A stretch of 64,000 nucleotides of DNA from an uncultured Gemmatimonadales bacterium. GTDB taxonomy: Bacteria; Gemmatimonadota; Gemmatimonadetes; Longimicrobiales; Gaopeijiaceae. Positions 11,556-19,914 of this stretch are shown piece by piece; position 1 is the stretch's first letter, and each line of letters opens with the position of its first letter. The stretch spans positions 1-64,000 of the forward strand of contig CAWELD010000004.1 of the NCBI GenBank assembly GCA_963809895.1. The letters run 5' to 3'. The position numbers and the translations under genes were made by a program. A model generated the notes under the pieces. It was not told where the DNA came from. It searched no databases and saw only the letters and a program-made list of their open reading frames with translations.

Positions 11556-11837
11556 TCAACGCTTCATTCTCGCGCGCAGCTCGGCGACAACCTCTTCATG
11601 GGGGATACCCTCGCCTCGCGCGAGCTCCGCCTTCGCCTGACGGATGTCCCGAATGATCTCGATTTCGTCGACCAGAGCTTCGTACTGGTCGACATCGAGC
11701 ACGACTGCAGCACTCTTGCCGTGTCGGGTCAGTACAAGCGGCCGCTTCGTGGCCCGGACCTGATCCAGAAAGCTAGCCGCGTTCGCTCGAAAGGCCGACA
11801 GCGGCTGGACGTCCTGGCTCGGCTTCAGGGATGGCAT
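11556..11837 (-). CDS. Phd/YefM-family antitoxin (no intact cognate toxin)
   Basis: 'PLSAFRANAASFLDQVRATKRPLVLTRHGKSAAVVLDVDQYE...GEGIPHEEV'. AGGAG RBS upstream. Confidence 0.9.
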   Translation of the reverse strand: MPSLKPSQDVQPLSAFRANAASFLDQVRATKRPLVLTRHGKSAAVVLDVDQYEALVDEIEIIRDIRQAKAELARGEGIPHEEVVAELRARMKR

Positions 11838-11851
11838 GGGAAACTCCTATA

Positions 11852-11881
11852 TGTACGTTACTTTGTACAACGAAACGTACT
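11852..11881. promoter_or_regulatory. Phd/YefM-type operator: three GTAC cores with 12-bp period
   Basis: GTAC at 11853, 11865 and 11877, immediately upstream of the phd-like gene. The E. coli yefM-yoeB operator has TGTACA cores spaced 12 bp. Confidence 0.7.
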
Positions 11882-11971
11882 GACATCAGGCCTGCCCAGC
11901 AAGCTGGGCCGTTGCACGAAAACATGCAACGGACCTCAATTTCCAATGGACTGGAACAAGATCCCTAGCGA

Positions 11972-11991
11972 ATATGTCGCATCTGACATAT
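11972..11991. promoter_or_regulatory. Palindrome ATATGTC-N6-GACATAT, probable operator of the XRE gene
   Basis: Perfect 7-bp arms about 36 bp upstream of the ATG at 12028. Confidence 0.65.
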
Positions 11992-12027
11992 CATCGCGTA
12001 CCGAGAGCTACGCGCCGAGTAGGCACC

Positions 12028-12378
12028 ATGGACACGAAGACCAAGCACACGCTACAGCAGGCCGGTTGGCAGACCGGCGATGCTCGGGACTTCCTCGACC
12101 TCAGCGACGCCGAGGTGGCTTTCATCGAAATGAAGCTCGCCCTCGCCGCGGACTTGAAGGCGCGGCGACGGGCGCGCCATCTCAATCAGACGCAGGTCGC
12201 CCGCATCGTGGGCTCCAGTCAGTCACGTGTCGCGAAGATGGAGGCCGCCGATCCCAGCGTCTCCATCGACCTGCTCATCCGCACGCTCCTGCAACTCGGA
12301 GCCGAACGACAGGAGGTGGCAGATGCGGTCGCCCGGAAGGAATCCCCTACTGACAGAGAAGAACCCTCCCGGCTGTAG
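12028..12378 (+). CDS. XRE/HigA-type HTH antitoxin-like regulator
   Basis: 'AGWQTGDARDFLDLS...LKARRRARHLNQTQVARIVGSSQSRVAKMEAADPSVSIDLL'. Confidence 0.85.
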   Translation: MDTKTKHTLQQAGWQTGDARDFLDLSDAEVAFIEMKLALAADLKARRRARHLNQTQVARIVGSSQSRVAKMEAADPSVSIDLLIRTLLQLGAERQEVADAVARKESPTDREEPSRL

Positions 12379-12393
12379 CCCATAGGCGACTTC

Positions 12394-13275
12394 ATGGCAA
12401 GAGCGCCTGCCCCAAGACCCGGCACCATGCGGATCATCCTGAGTCGAAAGGGCTTTGACTCGGCCGCGGGCGGCTGCCCGAGCCCGATCCTGCCGGGTGG
12501 CCGACTGCTCTCCCTGCCTATTCCGTTGGGTCCGTCACCCTGCTCGTACGCCGACCTGAGCCACGAGGGTCGGCCGCTCGGCGAGATCGTAGAGGACCTT
12601 ACCCGGAGTCGGATCTCTGGAGACGTCGAATGCCACCTGGATCCGGATCTGCGACGAGATGCTCGGGATCGCCCCGAAGGATGGCGCCCGATCTTCGGAC
12701 AGGCCGGCCCGGCCCTGTCCCATCTGACGAACCAGGGGGTTGGGAAAGACGACCTCTTTCTCTTCTTCGGCTGGTTCCGGCAGACCGTTCGCGAACAGGG
12801 TCGACTTCGCTTCGCCCCGGGTGCGCCAGATCTCCACGTGTTCTTCGGGTGGCTTCAGGTTGGGCAAGTCGTGGAATCCCCCGACGCCTTCGCTCGAGAG
12901 CACCAATGGGCGCACCAGCACCCTCACGTCCAGGCAGACTTCGGCCCCCCGAACGGGATCTTCGTCGCTACCGAACAGTTGAGCGGCCTGGGGCTCGCGA
13001 AGGACCTCCCGGGCGCCGGTACCTTCCACGAATTCCGACCCACCCTCCAATTGACCGCGCCCGGCGAGAATCGCGGTATCTGGAACCTCCCCTCCTGGTT
13101 CTGGCGCGAGAGCCCCGACCAGCGTCTATCCTATCATGCGAAGCGCGAGCGCTGGGTACAGAAGGATGATGGCGTTCAGCTTCGAACGGTCGGTCGAGGT
13201 CAGGAGTTCGTGATGGAGTTGCCGGGCGGGTCCGGACCGGGTGAGTGGTTGGGAGAGCTCTTCGACTCCCTGTAG
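12394..13275 (+). CDS. Nmad3-like (nucleotide-modification-associated domain 3) protein; start may be 12427
   Basis: 'MRIILSRKGFDSAAGGCPSPILPGGRLLSLPIP...HLDPDL...FGQAG..HL.NQGVGKDDLFLFFGWF...HPH...GRGQEFV'. Confidence 0.75.
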   Translation: MARAPAPRPGTMRIILSRKGFDSAAGGCPSPILPGGRLLSLPIPLGPSPCSYADLSHEGRPLGEIVEDLTRSRISGDVECHLDPDLRRDARDRPEGWRPIFGQAGPALSHLTNQGVGKDDLFLFFGWFRQTVREQGRLRFAPGAPDLHVFFGWLQVGQVVESPDAFAREHQWAHQHPHVQADFGPPNGIFVATEQLSGLGLAKDLPGAGTFHEFRPTLQLTAPGENRGIWNLPSWFWRESPDQRLSYHAKRERWVQKDDGVQLRTVGRGQEFVMELPGGSGPGEWLGELFDSL

Positions 13276-13280
13276 GCGCT

Positions 13281-14852
13281 TCAACGACACTCCCGCCACA
13301 CGCCGCTGGGGTAGCGTTGGGCACAAGCGGATGGGAGTGGAAGCGTCGTCAGGGGATCCCCAGTGGGCCCCGAGGTGCAGGAGCCACTCCACACCCTCGC
13401 GGTACCGGATACGTTCACCACGGCCAGCGGCAGGGCGTCCTCGGGCAAGAGTTGGTCCAAAGCGGTGCGAATCTCTACGGGCACCGTCGTCCCCTGTGAA
13501 ACGGGCACGCCCGTGCGGCCGACCTCCTGGGCAACGCCCCCGGATCGAGTGACCTCAGCCACGGCGCACGCCATTGGAGACATGTTGCCCTCGGCGGAAA
13601 GATCAAACCGCACCACGAGATCACCTTGCCCTTCGATGAGGATGCGCCCAGCGCTCAGGTGCACAGACCCTCGGCTGACGTCTGCGGGGGGCGTGCTCGG
13701 TGGGTTGGTCGACCGAACCGGTGCGGACGCCTGCCCCGGCGTCTCCGCGGCGTCTCCTGATTCGTCCGCGCTATCGACCGGCGCGGCCGCGAGATCGTGC
13801 TGCTCTGGGTCCGCCGCCTCCGATGTCGGCACTCGAGATCCAGGCTCGCGGCTCCCGATGTTCTGATATCGTCGGTTGACCAACGACCCGCCCGCCGCGA
13901 GGACTCCTATCAGGACGACAGCCAAGACGGCCTTCAGCCAAGGGACCCGTCGCTCAGCCGACGCCTGCCCCTCCTCTCCGCTCACCAACGACGCCTCGGG
14001 TACCGTTGCGGCGCGAGCCGCCGCGGTCAGGGCGGGAAACCGGCCAGCCGGCTCCTTGGACAGCATGCGTCCAACCGCATCACTCATCGCGACCGGGACA
14101 TCGTGCCGGACATCCCGGAGTCGCGGTGGCTCCACCTGCAACTGCCGGTGGAGAGTCGCCAACTCCCCACCCGGGCCAGCAAACGGATTCATGCCAGCCA
14201 GGCTCTCGAACAGCACCACGCCCAGTGAATATTGATCCGTGAGCCCCGTCGCAGCCTCACCGCGGCACCGCTCCGGACTCATGTACTCAGGGGTGCCGAC
14301 GAGGATGCCGGCCTGAGTCAAGCCTGCGTTGGCCGGCACTTTGGCGATGCCAAAGTCGGTCAGCACAGCCTCCCCGCTCTCTCGGATCAGGATATTCCCC
14401 GGCTTCACATCCCTGTGGACAACCCCCCTGCTGTGCGCGTAGTCCAGGGCGTTCGCCAACTGAGCGAACCAGCGCCCGACGACTTCGACGCTCAGCTGCC
14501 TGCCCCGTGTCAGGATCTGTTGGAGGCTCTGGCCTGGGATGTACTCGAGCACCAACAAACCGACGTCTTCGAACCACTCGACGGCATGCACCTTGACGAT
14601 ATGCGGGTGATCCAAGGCGGCCACGGTCTGAGCTTCTTTTCGGAAGCGCTTCGTCGACGACTCGTCTCGCAGCACCTGGTCCGAAAGAACCTTCAGCGCA
14701 ACAGAACGTCCCAGCCCGACATCGCGCGCCAGGTACACCGTAGCCATCCCACCGTGTCCCAGGCGGGACCGAATCTCGAACCGCCCGCGAAGTAGCTTCC
14801 GGAGGCGATCCTGAAGAGGATCGCGGTCCTTTGAATCCCTCGGCGAGTCCAT
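13281..14852 (-). CDS. Membrane-anchored Ser/Thr protein kinase
   Basis: GHGGMA, VALKV, HRDVKPGN, DFG, GTPEYMSPE. TM helix 'WLKAVLAVVLIGVLAAGGSLV' precedes a Cys-containing C-terminal domain. Confidence 0.95.
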   Translation of the reverse strand: MDSPRDSKDRDPLQDRLRKLLRGRFEIRSRLGHGGMATVYLARDVGLGRSVALKVLSDQVLRDESSTKRFRKEAQTVAALDHPHIVKVHAVEWFEDVGLLVLEYIPGQSLQQILTRGRQLSVEVVGRWFAQLANALDYAHSRGVVHRDVKPGNILIRESGEAVLTDFGIAKVPANAGLTQAGILVGTPEYMSPERCRGEAATGLTDQYSLGVVLFESLAGMNPFAGPGGELATLHRQLQVEPPRLRDVRHDVPVAMSDAVGRMLSKEPAGRFPALTAAARAATVPEASLVSGEEGQASAERRVPWLKAVLAVVLIGVLAAGGSLVNRRYQNIGSREPGSRVPTSEAADPEQHDLAAAPVDSADESGDAAETPGQASAPVRSTNPPSTPPADVSRGSVHLSAGRILIEGQGDLVVRFDLSAEGNMSPMACAVAEVTRSGGVAQEVGRTGVPVSQGTTVPVEIRTALDQLLPEDALPLAVVNVSGTARVWSGSCTSGPTGDPLTTLPLPSACAQRYPSGVWRECR

Positions 14853-14877
14853 TGGCGACGGCGTCTCTCCTGCTCGC

Positions 14878-15792
14878 TCAGCGGGCGACGATGTAGATGG
14901 TCACGGACCTTCCGAACGAACCCGCAGGAGAGGAGATCATGAAGTCGGTCGACTTCTCGGGCGTGGCACCCAAGGAGATCATCAATCCCACCTGGTCGTC
15001 CATGCCGTCACTGATCCCCGCAACGAGACGGTCCCGCCACGGCGGTGCACCTTTCCCCCAGAAGGAGACACCCAGTCCAAGGCCGTGACCTACGCGGTAT
15101 CGGATCCCTGCGCGGGGCGAGAGGCCTGAATAGACTCGCAAAAGGGATCCATCGCCTTCGCCTTCATCAACGGCTTCGGCGACAAAGGCCACGTCCCCCG
15201 TCAATCGAGGTGAGCGATAGCTGAACGCCGCCATGAAAAGCTTCGCCGCATGAACGTGGCCGACGTCGCGCTCGTCGCCACCGAGAATCCCTCCGCTGAA
15301 AGACGAGTCGCCTCTTGATTCGTACCGGATCAGGGGATCCAGCTTGGGCTGATACCCTATCCCGACCGCAACGGCCATCCCGTTGCCATCAGGATCGACG
15401 TACGAGACCGGGCGAAACTTGAGTCCGAAGCGCAGGCCGTATCCGCCGGTGGTCGTGAACGAGCTCCCGTTGTCCCGGGGGTCGGTAGCTGCATCGGTCG
15501 GCACACTCGATCTCTGGGCCTCAGCCAGCGTTACGTCGAACCCGAACTCGAAGGCCGATGCGACTCGCCAACTCCATCCTGCTCCCAGTCGACCCTGGAA
15601 TGTCGTCGAATCACCGGCCGGACCCTGGGCGCGAAAGTACGAGGCATCGAGTTCGAATCGACCTTGGGCGCTCCCCAAGCGCACAATGCTGGCACGAGGC
15701 ACACCCGGCAGATCCGATGACCACTGAGCCGCACATGGCGTGGGCAACAGCAGGACCATGGCAATCGTCAGGAGTCGCATGGAGCTACTCAT
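14878..15792 (-). CDS. Secreted, probable outer-membrane beta-barrel protein
   Basis: Signal peptide 'MRLLTIAMVLLLPTPCAAQ'. Alternating beta-strand patterns ('GYGLRFGLKF', 'AVAVGIGY', 'GLGLGVSFWG'). Start overlaps the caspase stop. Confidence 0.6.
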   Translation of the reverse strand: MSSSMRLLTIAMVLLLPTPCAAQWSSDLPGVPRASIVRLGSAQGRFELDASYFRAQGPAGDSTTFQGRLGAGWSWRVASAFEFGFDVTLAEAQRSSVPTDAATDPRDNGSSFTTTGGYGLRFGLKFRPVSYVDPDGNGMAVAVGIGYQPKLDPLIRYESRGDSSFSGGILGGDERDVGHVHAAKLFMAAFSYRSPRLTGDVAFVAEAVDEGEGDGSLLRVYSGLSPRAGIRYRVGHGLGLGVSFWGKGAPPWRDRLVAGISDGMDDQVGLMISLGATPEKSTDFMISSPAGSFGRSVTIYIVAR

Positions 15793-18424
15793 GTCTCGGC
15801 TCCGCCGATTGGAGTAGTTTGCCGATAGGCGCGATGGCACCCCAGGCCAGATCCACGACGACTTCCTCTGGAGCCAACGTGAAGCTCCGCACCACGGCGC
15901 CACCCAGGTCCGCAACCACGATTATCGGGTCGCCACCACCTAATCTGGGCATCTGCGCGTAGGCCACATAGCTCCCGTCGGGTGATGACGCATAGAGGAT
16001 CTTCTCGTCACGTTTCGGAGGCACGATCTGGCCGATCTTCGTGCCCAATGCCACATCGTACAGGACGAGGGCTTCGCCCCGGCGGTAATCCACCGGCGTC
16101 TCGGCAAGTAGCACCCGATTGCCGGCGATGAACGAGGGCCGGGCCTCGCCCCAATCAGATCGACCCGTGAGATTGATCGGATCTGCACCATCTGGCATCG
16201 CCAGCCAGACATCGGAGTTGTGCGCGCCGCTCGAACGCCCGAAGGCGATGCGAGCGCCGTCGGCCGCGACAGCCACCGATCGCTCCAGTTGTCCGGTGTG
16301 TGTGACCCGCTGAATGTCCGAACCGTCGTCACGAATCGAATAGACGTCGTAATCGCCAGAGTTGTTGCTGATGAAGAAGACCCGCTCTCCCGTCTCATCC
16401 CAAACGGGATCGTGCTCCTGGTAGTACGGAAAAGGAAGTCCGAGAATGCCACCGCGCTCACTCGTCAGCCGACGGATGTGTGTTCCGTCGGCGTCCATCA
16501 AGTAGATACGCGGGTAGGACGGATCGCGCCGTGAAACGAAGGCAATCGTCCTGCCGTCCGGAGACAAGTTGGGCTCGGCGCCACCGAATTCGTCATCCAG
16601 AATCGTCTCGACTCGACCCGAGATCAGATCGATCGTCCGGATGCGCTTCACGCCGGCGGACTCCGTCGTAACCAACAGGTCTCCCAGGACGAACACCTGC
16701 AGGGAATCCTGAGAACCACCTACGGATGCCCTGATGGTCGCACGTCCCAGGCCGACCGCGACCAGGCCGTCGGTGGTCGCCCGAATGACCGTCGTGTCAC
16801 TACTCTTCCAGGTGACTCCACTCGCTTGCGTGATCGGCGTTCCATCGGGTCTCGCGTAGCTCGCTACCAGAGAAATGGTGTCGGCGAATCGGAGAGCGCC
16901 GTAGTCGTCGTGATCGATCTTGAGTCGTGGCGGCAATACATGGATCGACCACTGCTGACGAGCCGCGCCGAGGCTTCCCTCAACGGTGACGTTCCCCTCA
17001 CGAAGGGCCTGGTACCGTCCGTTTCCCCGCGGGGCGATGACCGAGGTGTCGCCAACGGTCAGGTTGGGCAGAATTCCGGCGATGGTCTCGCCACTCGCCA
17101 GTTCGACGACCCCCGCAAAGCGGATCTCGTCGAACTGCGTGACAGTCACCTCATCCCCGGCTGGAGCAAAAGCCACTTCTTCAGGGGTGGGATAGACCCG
17201 CACCAGAATCTGCACGTCCTTCGTAAAGACGGAGGCGGTGATCCTCGTCACGCCGGGTTCGTGGGGTTCGATGACGCCGAAGCGGTCGACGGTGGCGACA
17301 TTGGGGCTAGACGAGACCCATCGGAGTCGTGTTGGGGGAGCTCGGCGGCCAGACGCCGAGCCGAGCCGAACCTCCAACGTGTCCCTTACACCGACAAAGC
17401 CCACCACCGAATCGTGTGCGAACCAATCCTGCTGAACGAGGTCGGTCGTGGCGAAGATGTCCAGGGTCGGCTCATCTCGGGGAGATGGACTGGCCGGTAC
17501 AGCTTGCTCATCGAATGAGAGGGCGCCGGGGACGAGAGACATCGGAAGGTCACGTCGCAACAGTGACTCGTTGGCATACGGGTTCTGCTGATTGTCGGTG
17601 TCCTCAGCCACGCGCACACGGACATAGTCGTATGCCTCACCGAGATCGACGATGCCATCGTTGTCACGGTCGCCACGGCCATTCAGCGCCTCGAGGAGAT
17701 GGTAGGTGAAGACGCCGTGGCCCCCACCCCACTGGTCTCCCTCATGGGCAATTTCTCCCTCGTGTGCTGCTAGAATCATCGAGACGCCCGAGGGCCTGGC
17801 AGCGGCAATGCGCTGCGCGAAGATCGAGTTGAACCGGTTGACCTCGTCGCCTCGCGCGCCGGCCGCCCCGATCGCACCGCTGTGGCAGGCGTCAACGATC
17901 AAGACGACCTGGGCCTTGGTGTCGTATAGCGCCGATTCCACCTCCCCCATCCGAATGGCGGACCCGGCGAAGTTCGTTCTATCTCCGTCTGCCGGGATCA
18001 GGAACTGTGTCCCGAGTGGCCTTCCCGGAGACGGCATTCCATGCCCCGCAAAGAAGAAGATGACCAGATCATCGGGACCCGGTTGCTGAAGGAAGTCGAA
18101 CAACGCCGTACGCAACTGAGGTGCCGTTGCGTCCTGGTTCGTCAGCAGACGAATGTGTCCCTGATCTATGCCTCCGAGTCCGGCTCGAGGGGATATCAGA
18201 AAGTCGGCGAAAGCCTCGGCATCACGATCGGCATACGAGAGATCCTCTATCCCTGGATCCTGGTATTCGCTGATACCGATTACGACCGCCCACCGCTCGC
18301 CCGGGAACTGGTCCCAGGGAATGCCGCTCGGCTCTTGCGCCAACGACCGCGAAGGCAGCGCCGTCAGGCAAACTGCCGCCACGGCACAGCGAAAAAGGAG
18401 CGCACCTGCCCACCCGTGAGTCAT
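15785..18424 (-). CDS. Exported caspase-family (C14) protease with Ig-like (Big_2) domains and TolB/PD40-like propeller
   Basis: Signal peptide; 'RWAVVIGISEY', 'FFFAGHG', 'IVDACHSG', 'GHGVFTYHLLEALNG'; 'WVSSSPNVATVD', 'WKSSDTTVI'; 'PNLSPDGRTIAFVS', 'IYLMDADG'. Confidence 0.9.
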   Translation of the reverse strand: MTHGWAGALLFRCAVAAVCLTALPSRSLAQEPSGIPWDQFPGERWAVVIGISEYQDPGIEDLSYADRDAEAFADFLISPRAGLGGIDQGHIRLLTNQDATAPQLRTALFDFLQQPGPDDLVIFFFAGHGMPSPGRPLGTQFLIPADGDRTNFAGSAIRMGEVESALYDTKAQVVLIVDACHSGAIGAAGARGDEVNRFNSIFAQRIAAARPSGVSMILAAHEGEIAHEGDQWGGGHGVFTYHLLEALNGRGDRDNDGIVDLGEAYDYVRVRVAEDTDNQQNPYANESLLRRDLPMSLVPGALSFDEQAVPASPSPRDEPTLDIFATTDLVQQDWFAHDSVVGFVGVRDTLEVRLGSASGRRAPPTRLRWVSSSPNVATVDRFGVIEPHEPGVTRITASVFTKDVQILVRVYPTPEEVAFAPAGDEVTVTQFDEIRFAGVVELASGETIAGILPNLTVGDTSVIAPRGNGRYQALREGNVTVEGSLGAARQQWSIHVLPPRLKIDHDDYGALRFADTISLVASYARPDGTPITQASGVTWKSSDTTVIRATTDGLVAVGLGRATIRASVGGSQDSLQVFVLGDLLVTTESAGVKRIRTIDLISGRVETILDDEFGGAEPNLSPDGRTIAFVSRRDPSYPRIYLMDADGTHIRRLTSERGGILGLPFPYYQEHDPVWDETGERVFFISNNSGDYDVYSIRDDGSDIQRVTHTGQLERSVAVAADGARIAFGRSSGAHNSDVWLAMPDGADPINLTGRSDWGEARPSFIAGNRVLLAETPVDYRRGEALVLYDVALGTKIGQIVPPKRDEKILYASSPDGSYVAYAQMPRLGGGDPIIVVADLGGAVVRSFTLAPEEVVVDLAWGAIAPIGKLLQSAEPRHE

Positions 18425-18760
18425 CGGCCCATCCTCCGCGCGTCAGGACCGTGCCCGCTGCGGGCGCGGTTGAGCGCCGCGCCCGCAAAGGGTTCCCTCC
18501 GCGCGTATTCTGTTTCCGGGTTCGCCAAAAAGTCAATGGTCGTAGGTCGCCCGCGAGGTCGGTGGACATAGGTCCGCGCGGGCCCCGAGGCAGGGCTATC
18601 GTGAGGTTCGAGCGTCAAGACACCGTCAAACGACCCGTCCGGCGTGTACGTCGGCGTCACCTACGGATCGCCTCGGCTGGAGGCGATGGAACTGGCGTAG
18701 GCCATAATTGGCGGGCCATCTTCACCTCGCCATCAACCGCCGCTATGGAAAGGCCACCAA

Positions 18761-19876
18761 GTGAGCCTCCCTCTCCGCTGGCCCACCCTCGCCCTCGCGG
18801 CCCTCACCCTCCACGCCTGCACCAGCGGCGACGATGGAGGCCCCGCCGGCTCCCCCTACGCCACCCGCCAGCTCACCGAGTCCTGCCCAGACTGCCAGAT
18901 CGAGCTCGTGGAGGTCGCCACCCTCGGGGCGATCGACGATCCGGCCTCCGTCCGGGACGACGCAGCCCTCCGTGACTGCATGGTCGCACGTCTATCCGAT
19001 GGGCGGTTCGTCGTCAGTGGTGTGGTGGGAGGCGGACAGGTGCTGGTCTACTCGGCCGCCGGAGTGCTCGAGGGGAGCTTCGGAAGGCGAGGAGCGGGAC
19101 CGGGCGAGATGGGTGCGGATCTGCGGATTCTCGCGGGAGCAGGAGACACGCTCTTCGTGCAAGATGACAGTCAGGCGCGCATGAGCGTGTTCGATGGCGA
19201 GGGTCGCTTCCAGCGGTCGTTCCCGGTGCCCTCGACCTACCGATCCTTCGCCACGGTATCCTCCGGTGCCCTGATCTTCGAGAGAGACCCCTCCAACGGT
19301 GACGATGCGCTCTTCCGTAGGCTGGATCCCGAAGGTGGAGCGCTCGGTGTCATCCCTCGGATAGACACCGGACAGGAGCACGACGCCTTCGACACCTGGG
19401 TCCTGGCGGGATCCCATTCCGGCGGAATCTGGACCGCCAGCATCTGGACGTACGAGCTCTGGCACCTGTCTGCGGACGGAGCTCCAGAGGAGGTGCTGAC
19501 CCGCGATGCCCCGTGGTTCCCGCCGGGGGGCCACTACGAGGACGGTGCACCGGTTTCGGTGCGCCCTCCCCCGGTGATCCGATTCCTCCAGGAAGACGAG
19601 CGCGGTCGACTCTGGGTGTACGCCGTCGTTCCCGACGCGGAATGGCAACCGGGCCTCCCACAGGATCCTGGCTTCGAGTGGGGACGTCGGGCGTTCGACA
19701 CCCGCATCGAGGTGATCGACATCGAGCGCGGAACGGTGCTCGCCAGTGCCACCTTCGACGACTGGATTGGGGGCACCTGCGGCGGGTCGCTGGTCTATGC
19801 GGTGCAGGAGGGGGAGGACCTGAACACGCGCATCCAGGTCTGGAAGCCTACGCTCATCGAAGACCCCGCCGGGTAG
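18761..19876 (+). CDS. Beta-propeller lipoprotein (6-bladed type)
   Basis: Lipobox 'LHAC'; 'FGRRGAGPGE', 'DTLFVQD', 'DERGRLWV'. Confidence 0.75.
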   Translation: MSLPLRWPTLALAALTLHACTSGDDGGPAGSPYATRQLTESCPDCQIELVEVATLGAIDDPASVRDDAALRDCMVARLSDGRFVVSGVVGGGQVLVYSAAGVLEGSFGRRGAGPGEMGADLRILAGAGDTLFVQDDSQARMSVFDGEGRFQRSFPVPSTYRSFATVSSGALIFERDPSNGDDALFRRLDPEGGALGVIPRIDTGQEHDAFDTWVLAGSHSGGIWTASIWTYELWHLSADGAPEEVLTRDAPWFPPGGHYEDGAPVSVRPPPVIRFLQEDERGRLWVYAVVPDAEWQPGLPQDPGFEWGRRAFDTRIEVIDIERGTVLASATFDDWIGGTCGGSLVYAVQEGEDLNTRIQVWKPTLIEDPAG

Positions 19877-19914
19877 CGAGCACACCACCCGCAATCCCCC
19901 GAAACTCCCCCACT

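Noticed and set aside
10705..13280. Integron cassette array explaining the toxin-antitoxin cluster
   Set aside because: No integrase and no clear paired RYYYAAC/GTTRRRY attC sites seen; genes are in mixed orientation.
18421..18660. 79-aa ORF overlapping the caspase start
   Set aside because: No recognisable domain or clear RBS; may be a remnant or spurious.
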